Position numbers and translations under genes: made by a program. The notes under the pieces were generated by a model, which saw nothing but the letters and a program-made list of their open reading frames with translations, did no database searches and was not told where the DNA came from. Positions 1 to 15,632 of a stretch of DNA of 64,000 bases are shown one piece after another; within the stretch, counting starts at the first letter, position 1, and the number at the start of each line of letters is the position of its first letter. The stretch comes from the human T2T-CHM13v2.0 reference genome, Homo sapiens: NCBI RefSeq assembly GCF_009914755.1, contig NC_060925.1. One strand, 5' to 3'.

Positions 1-191
1 TAATAACGAATCTCAGGAAGGATATAAGAAAATTAAAGTATAGGTAAATGTCTCCTATAAACATGGATGAAAATATCCTAAACAAAATATTAGTAAATCT
101 AATACAGCGGTACATAAAAGGGCTAATGTATTATGACAAAGTTGAATTTATACAAGGAACATGAGGTTGATATAGAAAATTAATGAAGTTT

Positions 192-504
192 GGCCGTGTG
201 TGGTGGCTCACAGCTGTAATCCTTGCACTTTGGGAGGCTGAGGTGGGTGGATCACTTGAGTCCAGGAGTTTGAGACCAGTCTGGGTGATATGGTGAAACC
301 CCATCTCTACAAAAAATAACAAAATTAGCCGGATGTGGTGGTGCATGCCTGTAACCCAGCTACTTGGGAGGCTGAGGTGGGAGGATTTTGTGAGCCTGCA
401 GAGGTTGAGGCTGCAGTGAGCCAAGATGCAACCATTGCACTCCAGCCTGGGTGGCAGAGCAAGACTGCCTCAAAAATAAAATAAATAATAAATAAATAAA
501 TAAA
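192..504 (+). mobile_element. AluJ
   Basis: Dimeric Alu (ggccgtgtgtggtggctcac...gcactccagcctggg) with J-type gaggctgcagtgag and an (AAAT)n tail. Confidence 0.95.
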
Positions 505-551
505 ATTCATTGCATTACAGGGTAAGAGTGAGGGAAACATCCTATCTTATC

Positions 552-853
552 TATTTATTTATTTATTTTGAGACGGGATCTTTCTCTATTGCCCAGACTG
601 GAATGGAGTGATGCTATCATGGCTCACAGCAGCCTCAACATCCAGGGACTCAAGCGATCCTCCCACCTCAGCCTCCCGAGTAACTGGGATGACAGGCATG
701 TACCACCATGCCTGCCTAATTTTTGTATTTTTGTAGAGATGGAGTTGATTCACCCTGTTGCCCAGGCTGGTCTTAAACTCTGGGACTCAAGCAATCTGCG
801 TGCCACGGCCTCTCAAAGTGCTGATATTATAGGTGTGAGTCACCATGTTTAGC
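552..853 (-). mobile_element. AluJ
   Basis: Reverse-complement Alu with J-type 'atcatggctcacagcagcctcaac'. Confidence 0.93.
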
Positions 854-1000
854 CCTATTTTAATTTTAGTGGATGAACAGAGATATTTGTTCAAATTCAG
901 TATCTTTACTAAATTACGTAAAACTCAGCAAAATAAGAGTGAAGTGGAACTTCATTTATTTGATAAAAAGTAGTTAGCAAATATGTACGGCACATCATGG

Positions 1001-1316
<316 letters not shown>

Positions 1317-2880
1317 TAATGCTTAATTATTTTTAGTGCTGAAGCTTTGTTGAATTTTACTATGTACTTGAGGTCAAGATAGGTTACTCACTATGACTAC
1401 CTCTGTACGACATTCTTTTCTGGAGGTCTTATTCAATACAGTAAGGAAAAGAAAACAAACAACAACAAAACAAAGCCTATATAAATTTGAAACTTAAAAA
1501 ATGACATTTTTATTATGCTTGAATGACATAATATTGTATATAGAAAATTTAAGATGATCAACAGATCAATAATAAGAATAAAATAATTTAGCAATGTAGC
1601 TCTAAAAACCAACATGCAAAGGTAATTGTTTGCAAACCCTAGAAACAAACAGAAACTAAAGTTTAAATAAGACATTCGGTGCAACTGAATGAAAAAACAA
1701 ATACCTAGAAACAACTCTCTAGAGAAACTGTGCAACTTCATTAAAATAAATTTAAAGAGACAGAATAAATGGAGAAATACAAAATAGTCACGATTCTACA
1801 ACTTAAATTGGCCAAAATTTCACTATTTCTTAAATTGAACTATAGATTTCATTTAATTTCAATAAAATTTTAGTAAAAAATAAAAAAATTCTTGCAAATC
1901 CAATAGAAATACAGGCAGAAGGTTTCACAAATGAAGAAATAAAAATGAATCAAAATGATGGATGTACATTTAAAATGGTGTTCAAACTCACTGGGAATCA
2001 TGAAAACCTCAATATCAAAACCTCAATGAGAAAACACTAGATACGTAATGGATTGGAGAAAATTTAAGTTTGAGAACACCAGTGAAAGAATGTGGAGTGA
2101 TAAAAGCTTTCGAAAACTGGTGGAATTGTACATTAGCACAAACATTGGAAACTGTTTTGGCTTTATTTAGTAAAGTGCAGAAATGCACAATCAGAAATTC
2201 TTCTCTCAGAGATACACCTATTATTGAAATGCATACTTATGTGCACTTTGATACACTTGACAAGAATATGCAGTATTGCTCATAATGGCCTTATATGGAA
2301 ACCTGCCAAAACACCCATTGATGGTAAAATGAATAGACAAACTGCTTATTCATGTAATAGGATACATTCAGCAATGAAAATGAACACACTACAGCTCTAT
2401 GCAGCATATGTAAATTCTAGAAACATAATGTTCCACAAAGAAACAAGATGAAACAAAAGTAAAACACATTGATTAGGGATTCCTGCTCATATGGCAAAAC
2501 ATAGAGCAAAGCAAGGACAAATCATCATTAATAGTCAGGATGAGGTTACCCCAAGGGGAGGAAGGAGTTTGAGATCAGGAAGAGACAGAGAGGGGGCATA
2601 CTCTGATGCTGATGAAGCTCAATATTTTAACCTCAGTGGGTTTACACATGGATCCACTTAACTATAATTTGTTAAACTGTGCAATTTGTTATACTTTGTT
2701 AAGCTGTGCATTGCTGTAATTTGTGAAGCTGTACAGAAATATTTTATATACTTTTCTGCATGTTATATTTTACAGTTAAAAATGTTTATGTATATGCAGA
2801 ATAGAGGGAAAATATGAAGAAGGGAGGAATGAGTTTTATGGGATGGAGAGGATAGGAAAGGCTCCTTAGAAAAGATTTCT

Positions 2881-3359
2881 CTTCAACATTCATTAGTGTT
2901 TCATCTTCAGTTTTGATTGACACTTGATGCTTGCAAATTTTTTAACAAACTTTTAAATCATGCTGACTATTCTGAAGAGATTTCAACACCAGCACTAAGA
3001 TTTGTACATTCACTTTGTTTGCGATTGACTTGTTTGCCATTTACATAGTGGATAGTACAGATTTGTCACAGGTCAGATCACAGTGTTGAGGAAAGCAGTA
3101 CCTTCCTGTAATTAGAAAGGATCCCCTAAACTGTACTTAGCTTAAGACATCCAATGTACAAGAGCACAAAAACCATCATAATAATGTGGCTCCAAGGAAC
3201 ATAGTTTTGATAAGGTAAATAACTTAAGCTTCTGTTTCCCATTTTAATTACTGAAATCTCTAATAATGACACAACTGTTATGTATGTGACAGCAAATGTA
3301 TATAATAATTTAACTTCGTTTGTGTGATTGAAATAAAATTGCAGTATGTAAAAAAAAAT
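2881..3359 (+). pseudogene. 5'-truncated processed retrocopy of an mRNA 3' end (parent not identified)
   Basis: Non-TE AT-rich body, AATAAA at 3332-3337, A-tract at 3350-3358, exact direct repeat aaaagatttct at 2870-2880 and 3360-3370. Confidence 0.8.
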
Positions 3360-3649
3360 AAAAGATTTCTTTTGACTGATATTTGGAAGTGGCTCAAGGG
3401 GCAGGAGGGTCACCTCAGTGTTTAATCCCACTGCCAAATGCTCATTTGTTTATTAGAATATTCAGACTGGGGAGATTGTTTCAACTCATGTTAGGAACCT
3501 ATGTAGGTGTGCAGGTGGAGGTATAAAGATGTGGGTGATGAACACACTGACTAAATAAATCAATAAATCAACTAACTTGAGGGTCCATAAACAACAGATA
3601 TAGTTAAGTATTGTCTGGGCAATAAGATTTACTTGCCTGACATTTCTGG

Positions 3650-3760
3650 TTCATTCATTCAATTAATCCATTCATTTAACAAATAATTTCTGAGCATCCA
3701 CCATGTGCCATGCACTTTTCAAGCTTCTGAGGACACAGTGGTGTACAAGACTAATGCAGT
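3650..3760 (-). mobile_element. L2 3' end fragment
   Basis: (cattc)n-like end followed by aacaaataatttctgagcatccaccatgtgcca. Confidence 0.7.
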
Positions 3761-3877
3761 TTCATCAACTGTGATCTACCTAGGATTATTTCCTTTCTAG
3801 ACTAGGTTGAGTGATTTTGGATCCTAGCATCACTGTAGATAATTGCTTCTTGATCTCCTCTAAAATAGGCCAAATCA

Positions 3878-5800
<1,923 letters not shown>

Positions 5801-7218
5801 TTAGCTAAATCAAATGTGTTCACTGATGTGATATCTGTTAGATTATATGAGTTTTCCTCAGTCCAGGACATACCATCTGGGATTTCACCTTTTTCCATGT
5901 TTGCACCTGCAGATGCAACATGGAAATTCTATTTGATTTAGGAAGGGAATAAGACAGTATTTACCTAGCTAAATATTTAGATGTCTCTGTCACTTCAGAT
6001 TCCTTCAGATTTTAACTTTACCTTCAGTGAGTTCATTTGAACCACAGTGCAGAGAAAAGAGATGTCTTTAATGAGTTTCTTTAATAGGAGACAATTTCAA
6101 AACATAGTGAAATGTAAAATGAAACTGAATTCCAAGAATATCTCTGAAAACTGTTTCAAACTGTTGAGTAGAGGTCGCTTTTTACTCTAAACATTGAAAA
6201 GTGTTGGAATTGGTTTGTTACCCTAGGAAACAAATGATGAGTTCTGCTTGTTTCCCCTACTTGAGAACCATTAACAAAAAATGCCATGGCGGTACCTCAG
6301 GTTGAAAGACCTAAAAACATGTTTGTTTTGAATGAGTATCCTAATATGATATTTCTCATTATAAGCAGAAAATATCAGCATTATTTGTGAAGGTCTAGAC
6401 ACCAAGAATCTATCTACGTATAGGCCTTGTTGTTTAGCGTATCTAGTTAAATCTGGAAAGAACCAAATATGTGATGTCTTATTTTGAATGAACACTTGAC
6501 ATTGCTATCAGATAAAATTACAAGCTAAAACTCTGCAGAAAGTCACATTGTAATTAAGCTATTCTAATTGAACACTTTATCTTTTTTAATAGTCACTGTT
6601 GCCTTCAGTTTATTAGTAAACATTATCTAATAAAGTACTCTGTTGTATAGGAAAGTTTGAGCAAAAGGGAAATCGTTTGGGGAAATCAGTAACCAATGAA
6701 TAGAAGCTGAAACATTTTATGTTATCTTGTAGCAGCCTGGCAATTATGTTTCTCCACAGAATAAATGCTTAGTATTAATTTTGTGCATGTAGAGAGCATC
6801 TCTGATGATTCAGAAGCAATGGAGAGGCACTTCTTGTTACTTTCCAGTTCCCATATAAATCATTGCATTGAAAGTAATTCAAAAACACATAGTTAGGTGT
6901 TTAAAGAATAAAATACTTTTTTTTTTCACTACTGGTCATAAGGTGATGAGTGAATGGGCTTTTCTGGCCTTGGGGAGACTGTCCGAGGGTCAGTTTTGCC
7001 GCATTCTCTTTGATTGGCCTTGTGGGAAAGGAGACAGCCTAGATCTTGATTATAATGATTTGCTTTCTGAGTTTGCACATCCAAAACAGTACTTAGCTCC
7101 TAAAACAGTGGTCTCTACCCTTATCCAAGGTGTCTGGCAGCCTTCTGACACAAAGAAAAATCAGAATATGTGTTTTGAAAAGTAAGACCATCCTTAATAT
7201 TAGAAATGGGATTTAAGC

Positions 7219-7762
7219 TGTATATATGAGTTACTATTGCTGTGTAACAAGTTACCCCAAGACTTAATAGTTTAAATAAACAAACATTTATTATCTCAGA
7301 GTCTGTGGGTCAGGAGTCTTTGTGTGGCTTACCTGGGAGCCTCTGGATCAGGGTCTGTCATAAGGCTGAAATCAAAATGGTGGCCAGGGCTGCTGTCATC
7401 TCAAGGTTTAATCAGGAGAGGATACTCTTCCAAGCTCACTCACCTGGTTGTTGGCTGCATTCATTTCCTTGTGGACTGTTGGACTGAGGGCCTGGATTCC
7501 CAGCCACATGGGACACTCTGCAGGACAGTGCACAATGTGACCACTGGATGTCTCTGGATTGAGTGAGCAAGAGAGCGAGGGAAGGCAGCTAAGGATGGAC
7601 ATAACGGAATCTCAGAAGTGACATGCAGTCACTATTGCTGTATTTTATTTGTTACAAAAGAGCCACTAGGTCCAGTTCACACTCAAGGGAAGACAACTAC
7701 ACAAGAGCTTGGGTCCTAGGAGTCAAGGCTCATTGGGACCATTTTAGGGGCTGCCTACAGCA
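7219..7762 (-). mobile_element. MLT1 (MaLR) solo LTR
   Basis: ttgctgtgtaacaagttaccccaag...aaacatttattatctc...ggctgcctac, the reverse complement of MLT1 termini. Confidence 0.85.
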
Positions 7763-8504
7763 AACTGGAAAGCCAGGGAAGTCTTTATTTTAAACCCTAT
7801 CCCTTTCAGTCAAACTCCTGAAGCCAAAATTGTTGATATGTTTCATTGGGGCTCCTGTCCTGACTTTCCCAATTTCTTCACTTTTCTGGGTTCCCCTCCC
7901 CCACCAAAATTGTTTTGCTCCCTAAAGCCATTAGCCTAAAACTAGACTGGTGATATGTGCTCAGAGATGAGCATACCAGCTAGAGTCTGTGTTCCCTTGA
8001 GATAGCAAATTCTATTTAGAAAAACTCTAGAATTACCTTAGAATGTTTACATATTCATTATGAATATTAAATGTAGAGGGTATGGAATGTGGTTATGACT
8101 CTAGGCCAGGGAATTTGGAAAATTTAACCTCTGGCTTGTGTGACTTTTAGGCAAAACTCATTCTCTTTCAGACACATTACCACTGTTCTTGAAAACTGCT
8201 TTATGGTAGGATGGCACGTGAAGAGGAAAAATGTCTTGGACTTGCTACCACCAAGCTGTTATATCTTTCTGATGAATATCAGGCTGCAGGAACTTGTGAA
8301 CATTTCCCTCATTAAGTCTGGGTTATTAATTGCCTAGTCTTGCTGCTTTCTTTTGAGAAAAAGAAATATACTGTGCATAAAATATACTTTGTAAATAAAA
8401 ATGTCTGCTGCATCTGCTTCGAGGATAAATGCTCAATTTCAGGGCTGCAATTTTGCAATATGTTTTAAATGTTTCTATTCTGTTATGAATAGAGCAAGGT
8501 TAAC

Positions 8505-8740
8505 AAGTTTAATTAGTTCAGCATTTATCAAGCACCAAGCACTGCCAAGCGTGGTGCCAGGGCCTGGGAGTGTGAAGATGACTTATATACACTCCCACCC
8601 TTGCGGAGTTCTCAGTCTATTGGGAGGACAATCAGGTAAACCAATAACAACAGTATAATGTGGTAAGTGATGTAGTAGAGGTGCATGTGGAGTACACAGT
8701 ACTGGAGGCACTGGGAAGGGCGTGATTAACTCTGCCTGGA
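8505..8740 (-). mobile_element. L2 fragment
   Basis: gcatttatcaagcacc...ggagttctcagtcta...gtaagtgatgtagtagagg. Confidence 0.7.
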
Positions 8741-9226
8741 GATTTGTGTTCTATAGCATCCCTTAGAACATAATCCTCAGAATGCCTGACATTTTCAAGA
8801 GGAGAAGCGAGCATGCTCATAGGTTGTAAAATGTTTTTCTTCCCCCCAACTTTTCTATTGCTCAAGGGAAAGAAGAATTATGTCTTCACTAAATTTTCAG
8901 GTTTTAAAAATAATTACTAAAGTTTTATCTTTAGAATGTAGAAAATGGCTTAATTTTTACCATGATAATTTTGTCTTTGAAACCAGCTTCTAAATGTTAA
9001 ATGTTAAATTGACTTTCCTAATAAACTACAAACCAGTAAGTCCTTTCAGCAGGAGACACTTTATTTATATCCTTAAGGGTGGTCTTAAAAAAAGAAGAGG
9101 GTATGTATGATGACTATTTCATGTTTAGCCACATGTACAATGATGTCAAATTCTTTACAACTTAATACAATTATTTATGTCTATAATGCTTACGTTGACT
9201 ATCATCAAAAGTAACAGCTATGGTAG

Positions 9227-9666
9227 TATACTAGTTTTCTAGGGCTGCCATAAAAAAGTATCACAAACTCGGTGGCTTAAACAACAGACATTTGTTGTCT
9301 CACAGTTTCTAAAGGATTCAAGTAAAAAATCAAGGTGTTTGCAGAGCCATACTTCCCCTGAAAGTTCTAAGGGGGACTCCTTCCTCACCTCTCCAGTTTT
9401 TAGTGGCCCCAGGGACTGGCTTATGGCACTCTTACTCCAATCTCTGCCTTGGTCTTCACATGACCTTCTCTTCTGTGTCTCTCTGTATCTTCTCCTCTTC
9501 TTATAAAGACGCCTGTCATGAGACAGAGGGCCTACCCCAAATCCAGGATGATTTCATCTTGAGGTCATTAACTATATCTGCAAAGACCCTATTTCCAAAC
9601 AAGCTCATATTCTAGTTTCCAAGTAGATATGAATTTGGGGAGGGGGTCGCTATTCAACCCACTGCA
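9227..9666 (-). mobile_element. MLT1B/C solo LTR
   Basis: agggctgccataa...ggtggcttaaacaacaga...ctattcaacccactgca. 5-bp TSD ggtag/gttag. Confidence 0.88.
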
Positions 9667-10535
9667 GTTAGATTTTCAGAAATAGGAAAAGATGTATTTG
9701 TAGCTTAAGGATAAAAGCTTTATCTTTCTTCACATTTTAAAAGTATATTTTTTTCATATTATTTTATACCTGATGGTAGAAAGAAAAAAAGGGGGAAAGG
9801 TAGACTTTTAAGGGCAGTTACGCAAGATTAAATAGAGGCAAGGAGATTAAACGTGGAAGAATACAAAATGCTCAGGAACAAAAAGTGGAGGAGGAAGTGC
9901 TGTGATGGCTTAGTTGACCTGAAGTTGCCCGTCCAAAAATGGTGATAAATACTTAGAATGGAAGTCATCAACTTGATTCAAAATAGGTAAATTAGTTTAC
10001 TGAGGAATGGGAAGGGGAAGGGTCATTGAAAAAATCCTAAACCATTAAAATTCTAAATATTGACTTGCAAGTTTGAAATTTTGCCCAACTTTTTCTAAGA
10101 TGTCAGTCTAGTATGCCTTCATCTCAATCTTATTTATACCTATATTTAATCATATAAAATCATTAATTATTTATTGAAAAACTGCTTGCAAGAGAAGATT
10201 CTGTACTGCACATAAAGAACTATAAAACACAGTCCTTTCTTTAGGAAGTTCAGTTGTGGAGATAACCTAAATGCACCAAGCACTTAGTTATGGAAACATA
10301 ACTAACATAAGCTGTAAACAACTCTGTTTATCTGATAACTCTGCATCACAATTCCAAGGAGTGAAAGCTACTTTAGATATTTTAAGTAGAAAGGAGCTTA
10401 ATGGGATTACAGAAACGTTGGATGAGATGTGGAGTGAATGTAAGTATTGCTGCTACTGGCTTTTAAGAAACCTAGAAGTGCAGGGAACAAAGAAAAACTA
10501 CTGCTGGTAATCTCAATGTAGAAGCGGCCCACTTA

Positions 10536-11526
10536 AGCAATCAGACAAGAGAAAGTAAAAGCATCCAAATAGGAAAAGAAGAAGTCAAACTATCTCTCTT
10601 CACTGACAATATGATTCTGTATGTAGAAAATCCTAAAGACTCCACCAAAAGTCTCCTGGAACTGATAAACAATTTAGTAAAGTTTCAGGATAAAAAAATC
10701 GATGTACAAAACTCAGTAGCACTTCTATACATCAATAACGTTCAAGCTAAGAGCCAAATCAAGAACATAATCCATTTATAATAGCCGTACACACAAAAAA
10801 TACCCAGGAATACATCTAATCAAGGTGTAAAAGATCTCTACAAGGAGGACTATAAAACACTGTTGAAAGAAATTACAGATTACACAAACGAATGGGAAAA
10901 CATTCCGTACTCATCCATTAGAAGAATCAATATCGTTAAAATGGCCATACTGTCCACAACAATCTATAGATGAAATGCTATTCCTATTAAACTACCAAGA
11001 TCGTTTTTCACGGAATTTGAAAAAAACATTCTAAAATTCATATGGAACAAAAAAGAGCCTAAATAGCCAAAGCAATTCTAAGCAAAAAGAATAAAACCAG
11101 AAGCATCACATTACCCAACTTCAAACTATACAATAAGGCTACAATAACCTAAATAGCATGGTACCCATAGTTAAACAGACACGTAGACAAACGGAAAAGA
11201 ATAGAGAACCCAGAAATAAAGCTGCACACCTATGGACATCTAATCAACAAAGTTGACAAATATATGCAATAGAGAAAGGACTCTCTATTCAATAAGTGGT
11301 GCTTAGATAACTGGATAAAATGAGACTGGATCCCCACCTTTCACCATATAAAATAATTAACTTAAGAGGGTTGCAAAACCAACTATTGCGTGGCATGCTC
11401 ACTAACTGGGTGATGAGATCATTCATATCTCAAACCTCAGCATCATACAATATACCCATCAATATAGTCAGGTAACAAACTGGCACATGTACCTTCTGAA
11501 TCTAAAATAAAAGTTGAAATTTAAAA
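10536..11526 (+). mobile_element. L1PA15/16-like fragment with an internal deletion
   Basis: ORF2 RT region (gaagaagtcaaactatctctcttcactgacaatatgattctg) runs to ~11368, then jumps to the 3'UTR end (aataaaagttgaaa). Confidence 0.9.
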
Positions 11527-11549
11527 ATAGTGGCTGAATTTTTCTTAAC

Positions 11550-12657
<1,108 letters not shown>

Positions 12658-12664
12658 CAGGAGG

Positions 12665-13760
12665 ATCATATTTACTCTTGTTGAGTTCTCAGTCTGGTAA
12701 GGAGAATAACCAGATAAACTAATAATTAAAATACAATGTGATAAGTGATGTGATAGAGTTATGTGCAAAGTGCAAATGGTGCACAGAGAAGGGAATGCTG
12801 CAGGCCAAACCCCATATTTACCAGCTGAAAGTGCCCATTTATCTACCTACAGGTCTGCAGGGGGAAAATGTCTTGCTTGCCTCTGATTTCAGTTCTTGAA
12901 TAAGTGTGCATAAGGCAATACGAATAAATGATAGATTACAATAATGCTCTGCTGAGGAAGGCCTGGAAAGTATCATTTTCAGGATTTCAACCTCTTCCAC
13001 ACAGGAGATAACTTAGATGTTCAGTGAGAGTCTGAGAATCAGACACATCTGGTACAGTGGCCAAGAAAAATCACCTGGAAGAGGGGTATAACGTGGGCTT
13101 TGAAGAAAGGTAAGAATTGGATAGATAAAGAGGAAGGATGAAGGAGTATATTTTAGGCTTAGGGTAGCCCTACATGTGGTCAGGGCAGTGATTATAGTAA
13201 TTTAACTGGAGTAATGTGAGAAGTCAGTGAATGATATGGTTAGAAAAGTAGATTGGACCAGAGTGTGAAAAACTCAATACTGAGCTGAGAGGTTTGGAAT
13301 TGATTTTAGTTCAGTGACTTCCCAACTTGTGGGCCTCAGATCTCTGGGTACCCTGGAGTTAATATTGTAAGGAACTCTGATCCATGGGAATACCAAGCAT
13401 GGCCCAGAGATTAAATAGATATGTTCTACACATATGTGAGCTACTGTCTATTGTTACGTGTTGATAATGTGACTTAGCAGAATACAGATTAATTACATAT
13501 TTCAAAATTTATTATAGCACTTTTAAGATTTATTTTTTTAATTAAAGTGTTCTAATAGTAAATATGCTATTATGTGGTGGACTATACAAAATTGTTGATA
13601 TTGTGAAGGAGTTCTTATACTCAAGAAGTTTGGGATCACTACTCCAGGCAGTATGAATCTATTGAAGGCTTTTGAGCAGCGTAAGGACAAGGTGAAATGG
13701 TGGTTTAGGGAAATTAATCTGGTGGTGGCCTACAGATTGAAAAGTGGAGACTAAGCTAAA
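12665..13760 (-). mobile_element. L2 fragments
   Basis: gagttctcagtctgg...aatacaatgtgataagtg; tgggctttgaagaaaggtaag; ttgaaggcttttgagcag. Confidence 0.6.
13312..13641. mobile_element. Old hAT-type MITE (MER/Charlie-like) inside L2
   Basis: Imperfect TIRs cagtgacttcccaactt ... aagtttgggatcacta. The L2 continues on both sides. No clean TSD. Confidence 0.4.
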
Positions 13761-13864
13761 CATTGAAAAACCTCTTGTGAAAATTAAGTTTGAGGAAACC
13801 AGTTAGCAGAGAATAAGCAATTTTTAAAGCATGATGTGTGACACTGGGCACACATAAAGAATGG

Positions 13865-14547
13865 TGTGCTAGGTACCAATTTATTGCCTCTTAGCTCCAA
13901 GTCTACCCTTCAATGCCTGCTCTGTGATAGTGAAGCTGGGCCCTGTTTGCCAGTAGGCACAATGTTAAGATTTGCCAGTGAAGGGTGCTGGAGGGACACT
14001 AGAGGAGAAAGGAGTTTCTCTTGCTGCCTCCCATGTGCTCCTCTTTCCAGATCTTTGTGGCACAAGTAGATTTTCCAAGGTTTGGCTCTTGCCACATGTG
14101 CAACTTCTCTAGTACTAGGCTCCTATAGTATGAATGGCTTCTCTGACACCCAGTGGCCAGCAGCTTCTCCTGGCACTCCTTCAGGTGGCTTCATAGTAGA
14201 GCCACCAGCAAGGTTTCACTCTGTGGATGGTTTCCTCAGCAACCCAGAGGGCAGCTTTCTAGCAAGTTCTCCTGGTACAGCACCTCAGCAACTTCTCTGC
14301 CTTCCAATGAGCCACAACTTCACCCTCTCCAGTGGGGTCTGGATCTCAGCTCTTCTAGAGGGAGATTCTTCCTTAGGGGTACTAGCTCTGTCGTAAGAGT
14401 CACAGCTGCTTCTTTTATATAGTCTTTCTATATTCCTTAGAGTTTCATTTGCTTCTTCCTAGCCAATCTCCTGTTGAAGTTAGTAACACTTATATTAAAC
14501 ATTTTCTGTTCAAATTCCTGTTCCTTGATCACATCCTGACTGACATA
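13865..14547 (+). mobile_element. ERVL solo LTR (LTR41-like)
   Basis: gcctgctctgtgatagtgaagctgggccctg...ggcacaatgttaag...agggtgctggagggacac, ATTAAA near the end, exact 5-bp TSD aatgg (13860-13864 and 14548-14552). Confidence 0.75.
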
Positions 14548-15176
14548 AATGGCATCTAATTCTGCACATCTATAATGAAGAAGCATCTTCCACATCTCTA
14601 TGTGAGGATATGAAAGGATATATGTTCTAGTCCCAGAAGGTAGTATTATTTACCATATTTTTCTTGCTTCTGGTAAGCAGTGACAGTGAAAGCAACATCA
14701 TACAAGCTTTTTGAAGGCTCCAAGCACAATGAATTTTTTGAAGCAGCCCTTTATAAGCAGAAAGCAACAAGTTAATCTCATTTTTGGAATCTTTTCTGTG
14801 GCTGATAACAGGTGGATAGAAATTTTATTTATTAATTCTTCTAGTCATTCATTCATTCATTCGTGTCTTGTCTATTATAAAGTGACACTTTTTATGTTGT
14901 TATTGAACTCTATTGGGGATTATGACTCTTGGAATTTCATCATTAAAACCCTCCTGCTCTAGAAATTTTAGCAGTAAAGTATCAGGTTCTACATTTCATA
15001 TGCTTGATGACATTTATTTAGACCTTAAGGTTTTGGAAGGTCAAGAGATTTCTGAGTTCAACTCATTTTGTTCAGACTTGTATTTAAATACATACTTTTG
15101 CTTGGAAATTATTGTGTAGTTGAGATTTGGCTAGCTTGACAAACAATATATATGAGTATGTATTAAAAATATTAAA

Positions 15177-15213
15177 GTGTGTGTGTGTATGTATGTGTGT
15201 GTGTGTGTGTGTG
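15177..15213. repeat. Interrupted (TG)n microsatellite
   Basis: gtgtgtgtgtgtatgtatgtgtgt... Confidence 0.95.
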
Positions 15214-15613
15214 CTGTATGGGAAGCTGGCAAAGGAAAATATTTCTTTTCTTCGTTACTTTAATTACTAAAAATAGCTTAGATTACAAATTAGCAAATTT
15301 AGCATAATTATGTCTTTATCAAGAAGGAATGATACCACCACTTTTACGAAGGCGAAGACATTTATGTATTATCAGATTTATAGTTAGCTGGCGTTTATTT
15401 GCTAAGACACATTTCTTTACCAACCAGGCCTGATGCAGTTGTAAACTGTTTTCTCCTTTGCCTTTTAAAGAACTATATAGCAAGTTCAGAATTCTGGAAA
15501 GGCTAAGGAATGCTTACATGTGATTTCCAAGGCCAACTATCAACATAGAACTGAAGGACACTTAACCTCACTGTTAGGTCTTAGTAGAGAAAGTTGGTGA
15601 TGTTCCCCAGCAT

Positions 15614-15632
15614 GTTTGCTAGATGGCGCTAG
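15614..15632 (+). promoter_or_regulatory. Candidate CTCF site
   Basis: GTTTGCTAGATGGCGCTAG matches the core YAGRKGGCGCTA and retains its CpG, in non-repeat DNA. Confidence 0.5.

Noticed and set aside
2660-2735. Short tandem micro-duplications (also 12223-12248, 36559-36606, 43643-43670, 56434-56460)
   Set aside because: These are common slippage products inside decayed TEs, with no sign of function.
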